Source of the DNA: Candidatus Binataceae bacterium
GTDB lineage: Bacteria; Desulfobacterota; Binatia; Binatales; Binataceae
DNA: 64,000 nucleotides
Direction of reading: 5' to 3'
NCBI GenBank assembly: GCA_035531615.1
Contig: DATKSQ010000106.1
Coordinates: 5,389 to 69,388, forward strand
Part shown: positions 8,202 to 18,300 of the stretch, piece after piece
How the letters are laid out: every line of letters starts with the position of its first letter
Numbering within the stretch: the first letter of the stretch is position 1
The notes under the pieces: generated by a model
The model's database searches: none
Seen by the model: the letters and a program-made list of their open reading frames with translations, nothing else
Told to the model about the DNA's origin: nothing
Made by a program: the position numbers and the translations under genes

Positions 8202-10769
8202 TCAGCCCTTGAGCGTATCCGCCAGCCGCGCGCCCTCGCGATTTCTGAAACCCACCGCGACGCTCAGCCGCTCGAGATGCTGATCGATTATCTTCGCGCC
8301 CAGGCGCACGCGATGCGCCGCGAAGAACGCCTTCACCTCATCCTCGCGGTCGAGCAGCGCGACCACCGCCTCGCACATCCGCGGCAGCGCGTTGTCGGGA
8401 TATTTCTGCGCCATCTCCTCCCAGTTGCGCCGAATGAAATCCCACGCCGCGTAGCGCGACGCCGGATTGAGCAGCAGCGAGTGCATCAGGTAGGGCGCAT
8501 TCTGCGTGCGCACCTGTCCGTCCAGTGCCATCGCCATCGTTTGCCCGAGCAGCTTCGGCTCGCGAAAACCGGTCAGCGAGAACAGGTAGCGCTGCTCCTC
8601 CTGCGGCGTACGAGCGGATTTGAACTTGCGCGAAAACTCGTCGTAGCGCTTCGCGTCTCCGGCGTGCGCCAATATCGCGACCAAAGCCGGCGCAAGATCG
8701 CGATCCGCCGACTCCGGATTATCTTCGAAGCGCGCGTAAAGCTCGGCGGCGCGATCCTGAACCGCGCGATCGTCGCCGACCGTCCCCAGCGCGCCGATCA
8801 GGACTCCCCGAAGCTGGCGGGTCAGCTCGCTCTCGCCCGGCTTCGCCTCCCATCCAAGACGAGCGGCCGCGGGTCCTGCAGTCTCGCGCACCGCGGCCGC
8901 CAGTGCTGGCCGGTCCGCATCCGAAGCGATCATGTCCAGGTAGTTGAATGCGCCCAGCATCGCGCGCCAGACGTTCAGATCGGTCTCGCCGCTGAACAGC
9001 CTTGCCATCGCCAGGAACTCGCTGAGCGGTCCCATCCCGGCGACAGTGGCCGCCCAGGTATCGCTCACCAGGCCGAAGCGCTCGATCGGCGCAAGCTCGC
9101 CGGGGGTGCGCGGCAGCGCGGCCAGCATCTCGGAGGAATAATGCACGCGATAAAATCCGTGCCCGCCCTCGTTGAGCAGCGCCCACTCGATCTTCCCGCC
9201 AAGCTCGACGCTCGCCTCGCGCTCGGTCAGGAGCACGCGGCGCGTAACGATACCTTTGTCGGTCTTGGCGCGAATCATCACCGGCACGTGCCATAGCTGG
9301 CTCGAGTCTTCGGGCAGATAGTAGAAGCGCCGCTGCGAAAGCCGGAGCGCGGTGGCTCCGGGAGCCAAAGCCGCATCGACGATCGGGAAACCCGGCTGAA
9401 AGATCCACGAGTCCATCAGCTTGCGCGCCGGTTCCTTGGACGCTTGTTCAAGCGCGTCCCACAGATCGCTGGTCTCGGTGTTGGCGAACTGATGTTTCTT
9501 CAGGTAGAGCCGGATCCCGTCGCGAAACACCTCCGGACGCAGATACTGCTCGAGCATCCGCAGCACCGCCGCGCCCTTCTCGTAGGTCAGGATATCGAAC
9601 ATCGCGCGGCACTCTTCCGGACTCAAGACCGGAAACTCGATCGGCCGCGTGCTGCGCAACCCGTCGATCGCCATCGCCGCGGCGCGCGACACCGAAAAGC
9701 TGTCCCATCGTTTCCACTCGGGCTTCCACGCGTTGACCGCGAGCATCTCCATAAAGGTCGCGAACGCTTCGTTGAGCCAGATTCCGTTCCACCATCGCAT
9801 CGTCACCAGATCGCCGAACCACATGTGCGCGTTCTCGTGGGATACGACATCGGCCACGCGTTCGAGCTCCGCGCGCGAGGCGGTTTTCTCGTCGGCCAAC
9901 AGCGCGGTCTCGCGAAACGTGATCGCGCCCAGGTTTTCCATCGCGCCCGACGCGAAATCGGGAATCGCGATCAGGTCGAGCTTGTCGCCCGCATACTTGA
10001 GCCCGTAGTACTCGGCGAAGTATTTGAGCGAGAAGGCTCCAATCTTTTCCGCCCAGCTTGTAAGCCCGCCCTTGCCCGGAACGTGAACCACGCGCAGCGG
10101 CGTGCCCGCGTCAACCGGCGTCGTCGCGGCGAACTCGCCGACAATAAAAGCCACCAGATAGGTGGACATCTTGATCGTTTCTTTGAAAACGATTTCCTTC
10201 TTTCCACCCGCAAGCTGACGCTCGCTTTGTTGCCCGCCGTTCGAGATCGCCGCGAGCCCATCATCGATCACCAGCGCGACCTTGTAACTCGCCTTGAGCT
10301 CGGGCTCGTCCCAGCACGGGAACGCGCGGCGCGCGTCGGTGGACTCGAACTGCGTCGAGGCAACCAGATGCGTTTTGCCCGCGGCGTCCGTGTAGGAGCT
10401 GCGATAGAAGCCGTGCAGCTTGTCGTTGAGCACGCCTCGAAACGCGAGCTTGAGGGTCCATTCGCCGGGCCCGAGCGCCTCTGTGAAATGCAGATGAACC
10501 CGCTCGCGCGCGGGCTCGAGCTCGATCCTCGCCGCGAGCGATTTGCCGCCGCGCTCGGCGCGCGCCGAGTCGATCTCGAGTTCGAGCGCGTTGAGCACGA
10601 TCGCACGCGTCGCTTCATTGACGGTCACCGCAACGCTCTCTTCGCCCCTAAAGATGAATGCCTTCAGGTCGGGCTCGAGCCTGAGTTCGTATTTGCGCGG
10701 CGTGACGTTTTTCGGCAGCCGGTAATCCTGGATCGACGGCGGGTTCGGCGCGCCTTGCTGATCGTGCAT
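8202..10769 (-). CDS. pepN: M1-family aminopeptidase N
   Basis: 855 aa. GAMEN exopeptidase motif (SGAMENLG) and the zinc site HENAHMWFGDLVTMRWWNGIWLNEAFATF (HExxH-x18-E). Confidence 0.9.
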   Translation of the reverse strand: MHDQQGAPNPPSIQDYRLPKNVTPRKYELRLEPDLKAFIFRGEESVAVTVNEATRAIVLNALELEIDSARAERGGKSLAARIELEPARERVHLHFTEALGPGEWTLKLAFRGVLNDKLHGFYRSSYTDAAGKTHLVASTQFESTDARRAFPCWDEPELKASYKVALVIDDGLAAISNGGQQSERQLAGGKKEIVFKETIKMSTYLVAFIVGEFAATTPVDAGTPLRVVHVPGKGGLTSWAEKIGAFSLKYFAEYYGLKYAGDKLDLIAIPDFASGAMENLGAITFRETALLADEKTASRAELERVADVVSHENAHMWFGDLVTMRWWNGIWLNEAFATFMEMLAVNAWKPEWKRWDSFSVSRAAAMAIDGLRSTRPIEFPVLSPEECRAMFDILTYEKGAAVLRMLEQYLRPEVFRDGIRLYLKKHQFANTETSDLWDALEQASKEPARKLMDSWIFQPGFPIVDAALAPGATALRLSQRRFYYLPEDSSQLWHVPVMIRAKTDKGIVTRRVLLTEREASVELGGKIEWALLNEGGHGFYRVHYSSEMLAALPRTPGELAPIERFGLVSDTWAATVAGMGPLSEFLAMARLFSGETDLNVWRAMLGAFNYLDMIASDADRPALAAAVRETAGPAAARLGWEAKPGESELTRQLRGVLIGALGTVGDDRAVQDRAAELYARFEDNPESADRDLAPALVAILAHAGDAKRYDEFSRKFKSARTPQEEQRYLFSLTGFREPKLLGQTMAMALDGQVRTQNAPYLMHSLLLNPASRYAAWDFIRRNWEEMAQKYPDNALPRMCEAVVALLDREDEVKAFFAAHRVRLGAKIIDQHLERLSVAVGFRNREGARLADTLKG

Positions 10770-10871
10770 CGGAGATAACCTTCCTGTACGAGGGCTTGAA
10801 TCGATCGCGGAGCATCGCGATGCCCCGCGACGATTAAGACTACGACAATCTTTTCAGCCGCGCGAGTGAAG

Positions 10872-11393
10872 CTACCGCGCCGCGGCGATGAGCGGACGTT
10901 CCATCCACAGCACGTCCCAATAGCGCCCGAATTTCCGCCCGTTCTGCGAGAAAGTCCCCACCGCGGTGAATCCGAAGCGGCGATGCAACGCGACCGACGC
11001 ATCATTGGGCAATGTGATTCCGGCGACCACGCGATTGATATCCTCGCCGCGCAATGCGCTGAACAGCGCATCATACAGCAGCGTGCCGATTCCGCGCCCC
11101 GCCGACTCCGCCGCGCAGTAGATCGTGGCCTCCACCGTGGTGTCATACGCGGCTCTGGCGCGGAACGGTCCGGTTCCCGCAAAGCCGGCAATTAGACCCT
11201 GCCCCGCGGCTACGAACAGACGATTGCGGCCGCCCGAGTTGTGCTCACGGAACCACGGCTCGCGCGCCTCTACGCTGAGCGGCGCCAGATCGAAAGTGAT
11301 TGGCGTATTGATGACGTAATGATTGTATATCTCGGTGATCCGCGTAAGGTCCGCGGACGATGCGGGCCGAATGGTTACGTCAGCCATATGCAA
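10872..11393 (-). CDS. GNAT N-acetyltransferase (phosphinothricin acetyltransferase-like)
   Basis: IRPASSADLTRITEIYNHYV...TFD...EATIYCAAESAGRGIGTLLY...LHRRFGFTAVG has the GNAT acetyl-CoA pocket (R/Q-x-x-G-x-G/A). Confidence 0.8.
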   Translation of the reverse strand: MHMADVTIRPASSADLTRITEIYNHYVINTPITFDLAPLSVEAREPWFREHNSGGRNRLFVAAGQGLIAGFAGTGPFRARAAYDTTVEATIYCAAESAGRGIGTLLYDALFSALRGEDINRVVAGITLPNDASVALHRRFGFTAVGTFSQNGRKFGRYWDVLWMERPLIAAAR

Positions 11394-11420
11394 AACCCTC
11401 CTGCTCCATCCGCATTCATT

Positions 11421-12338
11421 TCAGGCGCGCGCGAGTTCCCGAAAGGTCGTGAGCTTTACGTCCTGCGCGGCGAGCGCGGCGCGCACCGCCGCGCTGGTCA
11501 GAATCTCGACTTCGAGCTGCGCCGCGGCTGCGGGCGGCGTGCCGCCGATATCGACCGCCGGATGAAAGTACAGCTCCGTCGCACCGTCGCGCAGGCGATT
11601 GATCACGCCGATGACGTATTCCTCGCTTAAGTGGCCGCTCTGGTGAAGTCCGAACAGCCTATCGGTCGATCTGATTCCGCGCTCGCGCATCAGGCGGCGC
11701 GTGCGGCGCGACAGTGAGCGGAAAATCACCGCCTCGACAATCTTGCGCGGCGCGTGATCGCGCTTGAGACCCAGCGTCGTGAAGACCGCTTCGCGCGGCA
11801 CTCGGATGCACGGCACCTTATACTCGGCCGCCAACGCGACGACGATATCGGCGATCACCGGATGCACGTGGAAATTCAGATGGCCATCAATATGATCGAG
11901 CCGGCCGACGAGTTCGAGATGCTTTTCCATTTGCGCGCGAACCTCCGCGGCAAGCCCGGCGCGCACCCGCTGGTCGAAAAACCATCGCATCCCCGCCCAG
12001 ACCGGATTGTCTGGAAAACGTCCCGCCGAATCGACCGCGCCGCCAAGTTTTTCCGGCGCCAGAACGCTGCGCCCCTTGCACACCACCACGTGCAAGCCCA
12101 CATCGAGGTTCGGATTCTCGCGCGCCGCCTCGGCCGCCGCGCGGCTTGCGGGCTCGGCGACCATCAGGCTGGTGCTGGTGAGAATTCCGTCGCGATGCGC
12201 GCGCACGATGCCGGCGTTGACCTCCGCCGACAGGCCGAAGTCATCGCCATTGACGATGAGCTGCTTCACAAACGATTGCCGAAGCCTGCCGGGTACGGTG
12301 CGCTCGGCGATGCTTGACGGGGGGCCATGACCGCGCAA
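11421..12338 (-). CDS. hpnK: YdjC-family deacetylase, hopanoid-associated HpnK
   Basis: LIVNGDDFGLSAEVNAGIVRAHRDGILTSTSLMV...DVGLHV is the YdjC signature, and the gene sits at the edge of the hpn cluster. The true start may be the GTG at 12269. Confidence 0.7.
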   Translation of the reverse strand: MRGHGPPSSIAERTVPGRLRQSFVKQLIVNGDDFGLSAEVNAGIVRAHRDGILTSTSLMVAEPASRAAAEAARENPNLDVGLHVVVCKGRSVLAPEKLGGAVDSAGRFPDNPVWAGMRWFFDQRVRAGLAAEVRAQMEKHLELVGRLDHIDGHLNFHVHPVIADIVVALAAEYKVPCIRVPREAVFTTLGLKRDHAPRKIVEAVIFRSLSRRTRRLMRERGIRSTDRLFGLHQSGHLSEEYVIGVINRLRDGATELYFHPAVDIGGTPPAAAAQLEVEILTSAAVRAALAAQDVKLTTFRELARA

Positions 12339-12397
12339 TTTTGCTTCTATCCGGCGGCGCGCTCAAGGGCCGCCTGCATCGGATCGGAAGACTCCGC

Positions 12398-13165
12398 TTG
12401 ATTCTTGTCTTTTATGCCTTCGCGCGCGAGCTGGCCCCGTTCAAGCGGCGGCTCGAAAATCGCCGCGCACTCGACGATCCGCATCTGCGCGGCTTTCGCG
12501 CGCGACTCGGCGCGGCCGAGATTGCCGCGGTCGCGACCGGAATCGGGATGGAGCGGGCGCAGGCCGCCGCCCGCCGAGCGCTCGATCTTTATCCGGATGC
12601 CGAGCTGGTGCTGGGCACCGGCGTTGTGGGCGCGCTGTCGAGCGGTCTGGCAGCCGGCGATCTGGTCGTCGCCGATCGGATTCTGACTGACCGCGCCGAC
12701 GGCGCCGCCGAGCAGGTCGCGGCAATCGACCCCGCGACGCTCAGCGAACTCGGCCGCTACCTGCGCACCGCGCGCATCAGCTACGCGACCGGAGCGATTC
12801 TGACTACTCAGCGCGTCCTCGCGACCGGAACAGACAAGCGCGCCGCCAAGGAGCGCACGGGCGCGATCGCGGTTGATATGGAGAGCGCGGCGCTCGCCGC
12901 CGAAGCGCACGCGCGCGGCCTGAAGTTCGCGGTGGTGCGGGCGGTGATGGACTCCGTTGATGAAGAAGTGGTGGGAGCGCGGATGGCCGATCAGAATGGC
13001 GACGTACGGCCGCTCCAGGCGGCCGGCTTCCTGATCCGCAATCCGGGCGTGGTGATCGGGCTGCCGCGGATGATGCTGAATCTGGGACGCGCGACGCGCT
13101 CGCTCGCGATGGCTCTGGAAGCAATCGTAAGGCGAGGCGAATTGCCTCACGCTCCGCGCGGCTAG
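12398..13165 (+). CDS. hpnG: hopanoid-associated phosphorylase HpnG (PNP/UDP-1 nucleoside phosphorylase fold)
   Basis: The ORF is open from the TTG at 12314. I favour the TTG at 12398, which is preceded by GGAAG (MILVFYAFARELAPF...). TGIGMERA...GTGVVGAL...IAVDMESAALA is nucleoside-phosphorylase-like. Confidence 0.7.
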   Translation: MILVFYAFARELAPFKRRLENRRALDDPHLRGFRARLGAAEIAAVATGIGMERAQAAARRALDLYPDAELVLGTGVVGALSSGLAAGDLVVADRILTDRADGAAEQVAAIDPATLSELGRYLRTARISYATGAILTTQRVLATGTDKRAAKERTGAIAVDMESAALAAEAHARGLKFAVVRAVMDSVDEEVVGARMADQNGDVRPLQAAGFLIRNPGVVIGLPRMMLNLGRATRSLAMALEAIVRRGELPHAPRG

Positions 13166-14052
13166 CCGCGTCGCCCGCGAGTCCGCCCGCCGTCGCGCCA
13201 CAGCGGCAAATCTCGCTCGTAGGGAAAGTCCGCGAGGTGGCGCTCGACGGCGGCGCGGTCACCGTAGGAGTCGGTGCGCGTCAAAATATGAATCGCCAAG
13301 GCCGAAAACGGCAGATAGATGAATACTCCCGCCCACGCGATATTGGCCGCGCCGATCCGGAACAGCATCGTGATTCCGAAACCCACGATTCCCAGGTAAA
13401 GCGCCGGACCAAGCAGCGCCCGCGAGGGCAATGCGGCGAGCACGCCGGCGGGCTTGGATGCGCCGCGATTGAGCGTCGCGTCGAGCGCCAGAAAAATCGG
13501 AACCGTGATCGCCGCGACGAAATACCATCCGAGGTAATTGCTGATCGGCACGCCGAAATGCGGGCCCGGCGGGTCGTACCAGAAAATCCTGCCCAGAAAC
13601 CATCGGCCGCCGCGCACGCTCAGCGGATCGACGATCATGTCGATCATCACCATGAACAGCGCCGCCATCATCCACACGCGCGGCGCGCGGCGGAGTTTCC
13701 AGGTGTCGAGAATCCGCAAGTCCCAGCCGCTGCGGTACAGCGGCGCGCTCAGCAGCAGCGCCATCGTGTAACTCGCGAAGCCGAGAAACGTGAACGACAA
13801 CGAGTCGAAGAACGGCACGCCCGCGATCCACAGCTCGCGCCCGCGCGTCGCGTCGATATAGTGATACAGCCCGAAGGGAAATCCGTTGTGAACCGAAGAC
13901 CATTCGCACGCGAGCGAGACTATATAGGTCAGAATCGTAAACAGGATCGTCGTGCGCACCCCGAAATTGGCAATCGAGATGGCAAGAAAACTCGCCAGGA
14001 AGACGAACACGTAAGGGCGCAACTCGGCCGTGCCGATCAGCAGATGAATCAT
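13162..14052 (-). CDS. polytopic membrane protein, DUF422 / carotenoid-biosynthesis (CruF-like) family
   Basis: About 7-8 hydrophobic helices. EWSSVHNGFPFGLYHY...GVPFFDSLSF...MIDMIVDPLSV...FWYDPPGPHFGVPISNYLGWY fits my recollection of Pfam Caroten_synth (PF04240). Confidence 0.6.
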   Translation of the reverse strand: MIHLLIGTAELRPYVFVFLASFLAISIANFGVRTTILFTILTYIVSLACEWSSVHNGFPFGLYHYIDATRGRELWIAGVPFFDSLSFTFLGFASYTMALLLSAPLYRSGWDLRILDTWKLRRAPRVWMMAALFMVMIDMIVDPLSVRGGRWFLGRIFWYDPPGPHFGVPISNYLGWYFVAAITVPIFLALDATLNRGASKPAGVLAALPSRALLGPALYLGIVGFGITMLFRIGAANIAWAGVFIYLPFSALAIHILTRTDSYGDRAAVERHLADFPYERDLPLWRDGGRTRGRRG

Positions 14053-14055
14053 CGC

Positions 14056-15060
14056 CTATGCCGCCGTGCGCACCGCGCCCGATTTGCGCAAGAACTCGAT
14101 TGCGCGGACCAGCGCCGCGTCCACCGGGCCAGGCGCGTAGCCAAGCTCGCGGCGCGCCTTCGACGAGTCGAAGAACATCCGCTTGCGCGCCATCCGCACC
14201 TCCGTCAGGCTCGCACGCGGCGCGCGATGGGTTACGGCGCGCGCTACGGCTTCCGCTCCGAGCGCGAATCCGAACGCCACAGCGTAGGGAATCCGCACCC
14301 GCGGCGCGCGCATCCCGGACAGGCGCGCCAGATGCTCGAGCATCTCTTTGAGGGTCAGATTCTCGCCGCCCAAAATATATTTCTCGCCGATCCGGCCGCG
14401 CTCGGCCGCGAGCAGATGGCCGCGCGCGCAATCCTCGACATCCACGAGGTTCAGCCCGGTGTCCATGTACGCGGGCATCCGGCGGTCAAGAAAATCGCGG
14501 ATGATCCGGCCGGTCGGAGTCGGCTTCAGATCGAGCGCGCCGACCGGCGTCGAGGGATTCACGATCACGACCGGCGCTCCCGCACGCGCGGCGTCGAGCG
14601 CGACTTGCTGCGCCAGGAACTTCGAGCGCTTGTAGTGCCCCGGCATGTCGGCGAGCGTGACGGGAGTATCTTCCGTGCCGACGCCACCGTGCGGAATCCC
14701 GAGTGCGCCGACGGTGCTGGTGTAAACGATGCGCCTGACGCCCGCCGCGTGGGCGGCTTCGATCACGTTGCGCGTGCCGTCAACATTGCTGGCATACATC
14801 GCGGCCGGATCGGGCACCCACAGGCGATAGTCGGCGGCCACGTGATAGACCTGGTCGCAGCCTGATACGGCGCGCTCGAGCGCAGCGCGATCGCGCGCGT
14901 CGCCGCGCGCGAGCTCGACTTCGAGCCCTGCCAGCGCGGCGATATCGGCGCCCTCGCGCACCATCGCGCGGACCCGATCTCCACGCGCGAGCAGCGCGCG
15001 CACCACGTGGCATCCCACGAAGCCGTTGGCCCCCGTGACCATCGCCAGGCGCCCCGACAT
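14056..15060 (-). CDS. hpnA: hopanoid-associated NAD-dependent sugar epimerase/dehydratase HpnA
   Basis: Trimmed to the ATG at 15060 (MSGRLAMVTGANGFVGCHVVRALL...), which forms TGATG with the hpnE stop. Has the GxxGxxG Rossmann motif and the YxxxK motif (YKRSK). Confidence 0.8.
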   Translation of the reverse strand: MSGRLAMVTGANGFVGCHVVRALLARGDRVRAMVREGADIAALAGLEVELARGDARDRAALERAVSGCDQVYHVAADYRLWVPDPAAMYASNVDGTRNVIEAAHAAGVRRIVYTSTVGALGIPHGGVGTEDTPVTLADMPGHYKRSKFLAQQVALDAARAGAPVVIVNPSTPVGALDLKPTPTGRIIRDFLDRRMPAYMDTGLNLVDVEDCARGHLLAAERGRIGEKYILGGENLTLKEMLEHLARLSGMRAPRVRIPYAVAFGFALGAEAVARAVTHRAPRASLTEVRMARKRMFFDSSKARRELGYAPGPVDAALVRAIEFLRKSGAVRTAA

Positions 15061-16436
15061 CAGGACTCGCCTCCGGCGGATTCGGCGCGCGCGATCACGG
15101 CGGAGGCGGCGGCGCGACCCGAGGCCACCGCGCTCTCGATCGTGGCGGGTAGTCCGGTCTGAACCCAATCTCCGGCGAGGAACAAGTTCGAGATTGGAGT
15201 CGCGGCGTGCGGCCGCAGCTCATAGGATCGCGGCGCAGGCGCCATGGTGGCCTGTTTTTCCTTGAGCACGATTGCTTTCAAGACCTTGGCGTTGCGTGCA
15301 ACCGGAATCATCGCGCAAGCGTCATTCATCACGAGCTCGAGGATTTCTTCATTCGATTGATCGACGAGCTTGCGCGCGCCGCTGATCACGAAGCTCAGGT
15401 AGCCCGGATGGCGCTCGCCGTGGCGCTCGAAAATTTTGCGTTTGTTGAACATCCACTGGGTCGTCGTGCCGATAAAGCCCACGAACGCCGAGCGCGTCAC
15501 CTCGCGGTCGAGCCACACGTGCGCGCAGATTATCGGCGAGGTCTCGAGCTCGGCGAGCCGCGCGAAAAATGGATCGGCGACCGCGCCCTCGGGCAGCATC
15601 CGCAAGAGCTGATGCGGCGCGGCGGCGGAAATGAAATTCGCCGCACCCAGCCGCCGTCCGTCGCGTAGATGCACGCGGGCGGCCAGGCCATCTTCGCCGG
15701 TCTCGATCGCCTCGACGATTGCGTGCGTGGCAACCACGCCGCCCGCCCGTTCGATAAACTCGCGCGCGCCGGTGCAGTACAGGTCGGAGAGCCCGACGCG
15801 CGAATAGACGAACGCCGAGTCCGAGCGCTTCGAAAAAAACGCCCGCTTGAGCACCTCGGCCAGCAGCGCGGCGGAGGAAACCTCAGGCTCGTCGTTGAGC
15901 GTCGCGATCGAAAGCGGATACCAGAACGCGCGGCGCGCGTTGTCGCCCTGCTTAAGCGCGGTCATCAGATCGGCGACGGTCATCTTCTCGAGCGCGGAAT
16001 GATCGCGCCGGCGCATCTTGAGCATCTTGAGTCCGCCGCGCACCACCCCCAGCCGCTCGCCGACACTCAGATGCCGGTAGCGCATCAGCGCGGCGCTCAT
16101 ATGAAAAGGACCAGGAAGGCGCGCAGTGCGCAGCGTCGCGCTGCGGCCGGGGCCGGCCAGCATCTCGATTTCCAGATCGCGGTGAAACACGAGTTTGCCG
16201 GCCGAACCGATCTTGCGCAGAAAGTCGAGCGACTCGGTGTAACAGCCCATCAGAACGTGCTGACCGTTATCGACGAAGTCGCCGGTGTCGGGATCCTCGA
16301 ACGAGTAGGCGCGTCCGCCGAGCGCGGGCTTGCGTTCGAGCACGGCCACGCGAAAGCCGCGCTCGGCGAGCGCGACGCCGGCGCTAAGTCCGGCGAAACC
16401 GCCGCCGATCACGACGACATCTTTGGCCTCGATCAT
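15060..16436 (-). CDS. hpnE: hydroxysqualene dehydroxylase / squalene-associated FAD-dependent desaturase HpnE
   Basis: VVVIGGGFAGLSAGVALAERGFRVAVLERKPALGGRA is an FAD dinucleotide fold. Amine-oxidase-like, 458 aa. Position immediately after hpnC-hpnD. Confidence 0.85.
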   Translation of the reverse strand: MIEAKDVVVIGGGFAGLSAGVALAERGFRVAVLERKPALGGRAYSFEDPDTGDFVDNGQHVLMGCYTESLDFLRKIGSAGKLVFHRDLEIEMLAGPGRSATLRTARLPGPFHMSAALMRYRHLSVGERLGVVRGGLKMLKMRRRDHSALEKMTVADLMTALKQGDNARRAFWYPLSIATLNDEPEVSSAALLAEVLKRAFFSKRSDSAFVYSRVGLSDLYCTGAREFIERAGGVVATHAIVEAIETGEDGLAARVHLRDGRRLGAANFISAAAPHQLLRMLPEGAVADPFFARLAELETSPIICAHVWLDREVTRSAFVGFIGTTTQWMFNKRKIFERHGERHPGYLSFVISGARKLVDQSNEEILELVMNDACAMIPVARNAKVLKAIVLKEKQATMAPAPRSYELRPHAATPISNLFLAGDWVQTGLPATIESAVASGRAAASAVIARAESAGGES

Positions 16437-16452
16437 CGAATCGCGCGCGCCG

Positions 16453-17358
16453 CTAGCCGCGCAGCGCGCCCAGGCGCGTGCTCGCCCACGCGCGCCCGAC
16501 GAGATAGAGCTTGCGCGGCGCGGACAGGCTCAAGCGGCGGTCGAGCACGCGATAGTTCGAGCTGACAATCAGATGCAGCAGCGAGCCGTAAATGAGGCGC
16601 ATCGCCTCGGCGGTCAGCAGCGTCGCGCGATCTTCGGCGGGCAGCGCGCGCTCGGCCAGAGCGTAGAAGTCGCGCGCGCGGTTGGCCTCGAACTCCATCA
16701 GGCGCACGAAGGCGTCGCTGTAAACTCCGCGCAAAATTTCGTCTTCGCTGACGCCGAAGCGCGCGAGATCTTCGAGCGGCAGATAGATCCGGCCGCGGCC
16801 GGCGTCTTCCTTGACATCGCGCAGGATATTGGTGAGCTGGAGCGCGATTCCAAGATTCTCCGCATAAACTCTGGCGCCGGGATTTCGGTAGCCGAAGACT
16901 TCGATACAGATCAGCCCGACCGCCGACGCGACGCGGTAGCAGTACTGGCGCAATTCGCCGAAGCTCGCGTAACGCTTGCGCGCGAGATCCATCTCGACGC
17001 CGGCGATCACTTCCTCGAAGTACTCGCGCGGGATCGAGAAGCGCGCCGCCGCGTCGGCCAGCGCGCGCGAGATTGCGCGGGTCGGCGTTCCGCCGTAAAC
17101 GCGGCCGAGTTCGTCGCGCCAGCGGCGCAGCAACTCGGCGGGTTCGCGAATCGACTCGTCGTCGGCGATATCGTCAACGAAGCGGCAGAACGCATAGACC
17201 GCGTAGAGCGCGCGGCGCCGTTCGAGCGGCAGCAGCATGAATGCGTAATAGAAATTCGAGGTCGAACGCCGCGTGATTTCGGCGCAGCGTTCGTAATCCC
17301 CCGCAAGCGCCGTATCGGCGCCGCCGTCGAGCGCGGGTATCGCGTGATTAAAAGCCAT
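16453..17358 (-). CDS. hpnD: presqualene diphosphate synthase HpnD (squalene/phytoene synthase family)
   Basis: YYAFMLLPLERRRALYAVYAFCRFVDDIADD (first Asp-rich motif) and NILRDVKEDAGRGRIYLP (second). Overlaps the end of hpnC by 11 nt. Confidence 0.85.
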   Translation of the reverse strand: MAFNHAIPALDGGADTALAGDYERCAEITRRSTSNFYYAFMLLPLERRRALYAVYAFCRFVDDIADDESIREPAELLRRWRDELGRVYGGTPTRAISRALADAAARFSIPREYFEEVIAGVEMDLARKRYASFGELRQYCYRVASAVGLICIEVFGYRNPGARVYAENLGIALQLTNILRDVKEDAGRGRIYLPLEDLARFGVSEDEILRGVYSDAFVRLMEFEANRARDFYALAERALPAEDRATLLTAEAMRLIYGSLLHLIVSSNYRVLDRRLSLSAPRKLYLVGRAWASTRLGALRG

Positions 17359-18286
17359 CGAGCCGTCCCCATATCGCGTTCCATCCGAGTTTCAAATAGT
17401 CGGACTTACGCAGCTTGGGCCGCGCGTGCAGCACGTCGAAGCCGGCGTCTTCGATCGCGCGCGCAATCGCCAGTCCCCCGCCCGCGAACATCAAGATGTC
17501 GCGGCGCAGGCGCCGATCAACCATCCGGGCAAGGCCGGCCCCGCCCTCGCGCAGCATCGCGCGCGCGCGTTCTACCTCGAACCGCATAAGATCGATAAAG
17601 CGCTTGGTGGCGACGCCGCGGGACAGATCCAGCTCGGTGAGATCGTGAGCGGCTAGCTCATGGCGCGGAAAATAGATCCGGCCGTTGGCGAGATCGACCG
17701 AAACGTCCTGCCAGAAATTCGCGAGCTGCAGGCCGCTGCACACCAGGTCCGACAACCGCTGACGCTGGGCATCGCGGTAGCCGAACAGATAGAGCACCAG
17801 ACGCCCGACAGGGTTGGCCGAGTAGCGGCAATAACCGAGCAAGGCGTCAAACGTATCGAAGCCCTTGAAGTTCACGTCCGAGCGAAACGCAACCAGCAGG
17901 TCCGCGAACGGCTCTTTCGGGATGGCGAATTTCTCCGCCGTGTCCGCGAGCGCGACGAACACCGGATGACGCGGCGTGCCGGCGTAGGCGAGTTCGAGCT
18001 CGCGCTCCCATCCGTCGAGCTTGGCGAGATCGTGCTCTTCGTCGGCGAAGTCGTCTGCGATTCGCGCGTAGGCGTAGATCGCGTGCATGTGCTTGCGCAT
18101 CGCACGCGGCATAAGCCACGACGCCACGGTAAAATTTTCGTAGTGCGAACGCGCCAGCCGCCCGCAAAAGTCATACGCCTGCGCGAGCGACAGGGGCTGC
18201 GCGGGCGAGTGCAACGCGGGATTCGGGGCATTGAGCGCGGCGGCCGCTTCGCCCGCTCCCGCGGTTGGTATTGCTTCCATCGGCAT
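17348..18286 (-). CDS. hpnC: hydroxysqualene synthase HpnC (squalene/phytoene synthase family)
   Basis: HYENFTVASWLMP...IYAYARIADDFADE and NFWQDVSVDLANGRIYFP are squalene-synthase-like Asp-rich motifs. First gene of the hpnCDE trio. Confidence 0.85.
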   Translation of the reverse strand: MPMEAIPTAGAGEAAAALNAPNPALHSPAQPLSLAQAYDFCGRLARSHYENFTVASWLMPRAMRKHMHAIYAYARIADDFADEEHDLAKLDGWERELELAYAGTPRHPVFVALADTAEKFAIPKEPFADLLVAFRSDVNFKGFDTFDALLGYCRYSANPVGRLVLYLFGYRDAQRQRLSDLVCSGLQLANFWQDVSVDLANGRIYFPRHELAAHDLTELDLSRGVATKRFIDLMRFEVERARAMLREGGAGLARMVDRRLRRDILMFAGGGLAIARAIEDAGFDVLHARPKLRKSDYLKLGWNAIWGRLDGF

Positions 18287-18300
18287 CGGTCTCCGGCGAA

